32,000 nucleotides of DNA from positions 510,001 to 542,000 of the forward strand of contig OZ252279.1 of assembly GCA_965250005.1 (NCBI GenBank). Direction: 5' to 3'. A program made the position numbers and the translations under genes. This stretch comes from Demequinaceae bacterium. GTDB lineage: Bacteria; Actinomycetota; Actinomycetes; Actinomycetales; Demequinaceae. The notes under the pieces were generated by a model that did no database searches, was not told where the DNA came from, and saw only the letters and a list, made by a program, of their open reading frames with translations. Positions 31,843 through 32,000 of the stretch are shown here, in pieces. Every line of letters begins with the position of its first letter. Position 1 is the first letter of the stretch.

Positions 31843-32000
31843 TCAGCTACCGAGACGGGCCGCGACAGCCTCGAGAGCGAGCCGGTACCCGTCGATCCCG
31901 AAGCCAGCGATCATTCCCGTTGCGACACCGGAGACGACGCTCGTGTGACGGAACTCCTCGCGCGCATGCACGTTGGTGATGTGCACTTCGACCAGGGCGA
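31843..32000 (-). CDS. aroQ: 3-dehydroquinate dehydratase type II, C-terminal fragment (5' end outside the window)
   Basis: Reverse-strand translation of the right edge gives [51 protein letters not shown], the conserved AroQ C-terminus. Stop TGA at 31843..31845. Not present in the ORF track because it is truncated. Confidence 0.85.
   Translation of the reverse strand, partial: ALVEVHITNVHAREEFRHTSVVSGVATGMIAGFGIDGYRLALEAVAARLGS

Overview
This is a high-GC actinobacterial (Actinomycetota) chromosomal segment, roughly 60-65% GC by eye (not computed), made almost entirely of conserved housekeeping genes. rbpA is on the + strand at the left edge (52..390). The rest (415..32000) is one unbroken co-directional array of 32 genes on the - strand: ppm1, lnt, helY, a DagK-family lipid kinase, tatC, tatA, pafC, pafB, hisG, hisE, ribH, ribBA, ribE, ribD, rpe, rsmB, fmt, priA, metK, coaBC, rpoZ, gmk, mihF, pyrF, carB, carA, pyrC, pyrB, pyrR, nusB, efp and the 3' end of aroQ. 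aroQ is absent from the ORF track and was found by translating the right edge. The gene order matches the core actinobacterial arrangement I remember from Corynebacterium and, in pieces, Mycobacterium. The largest intergenic gap is 82 nt (115 nt with the corrected efp start). That leaves no room for tRNA/rRNA genes, CRISPR arrays, IS elements or riboswitch-sized leaders, and I see none. I find no evidence for a novel multi-gene system. All long + strand ORFs inside the array are antisense shadows of real genes. The points worth a second look are small-scale. (1) TANNNT boxes sit exactly 6-7 nt upstream of start codons that lack a Shine-Dalgarno (SD) sequence, which predicts leaderless transcription units. 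(2) TAG makes up an unusually high share of stop codons. (3) pafBC abuts hisG with no pupylation or proteasome genes in between. (4) PriA lacks Walker A and DExH motifs but keeps its Cys cluster. (5) A PyrR-type hairpin can sequester the pyrR SD. (6) The EF-P loop reads PGKGG rather than PGKGP. (7) RbpA has a CxC metal knuckle. Several ORF-track starts were corrected: the lipid kinase, pafB, helY and efp.
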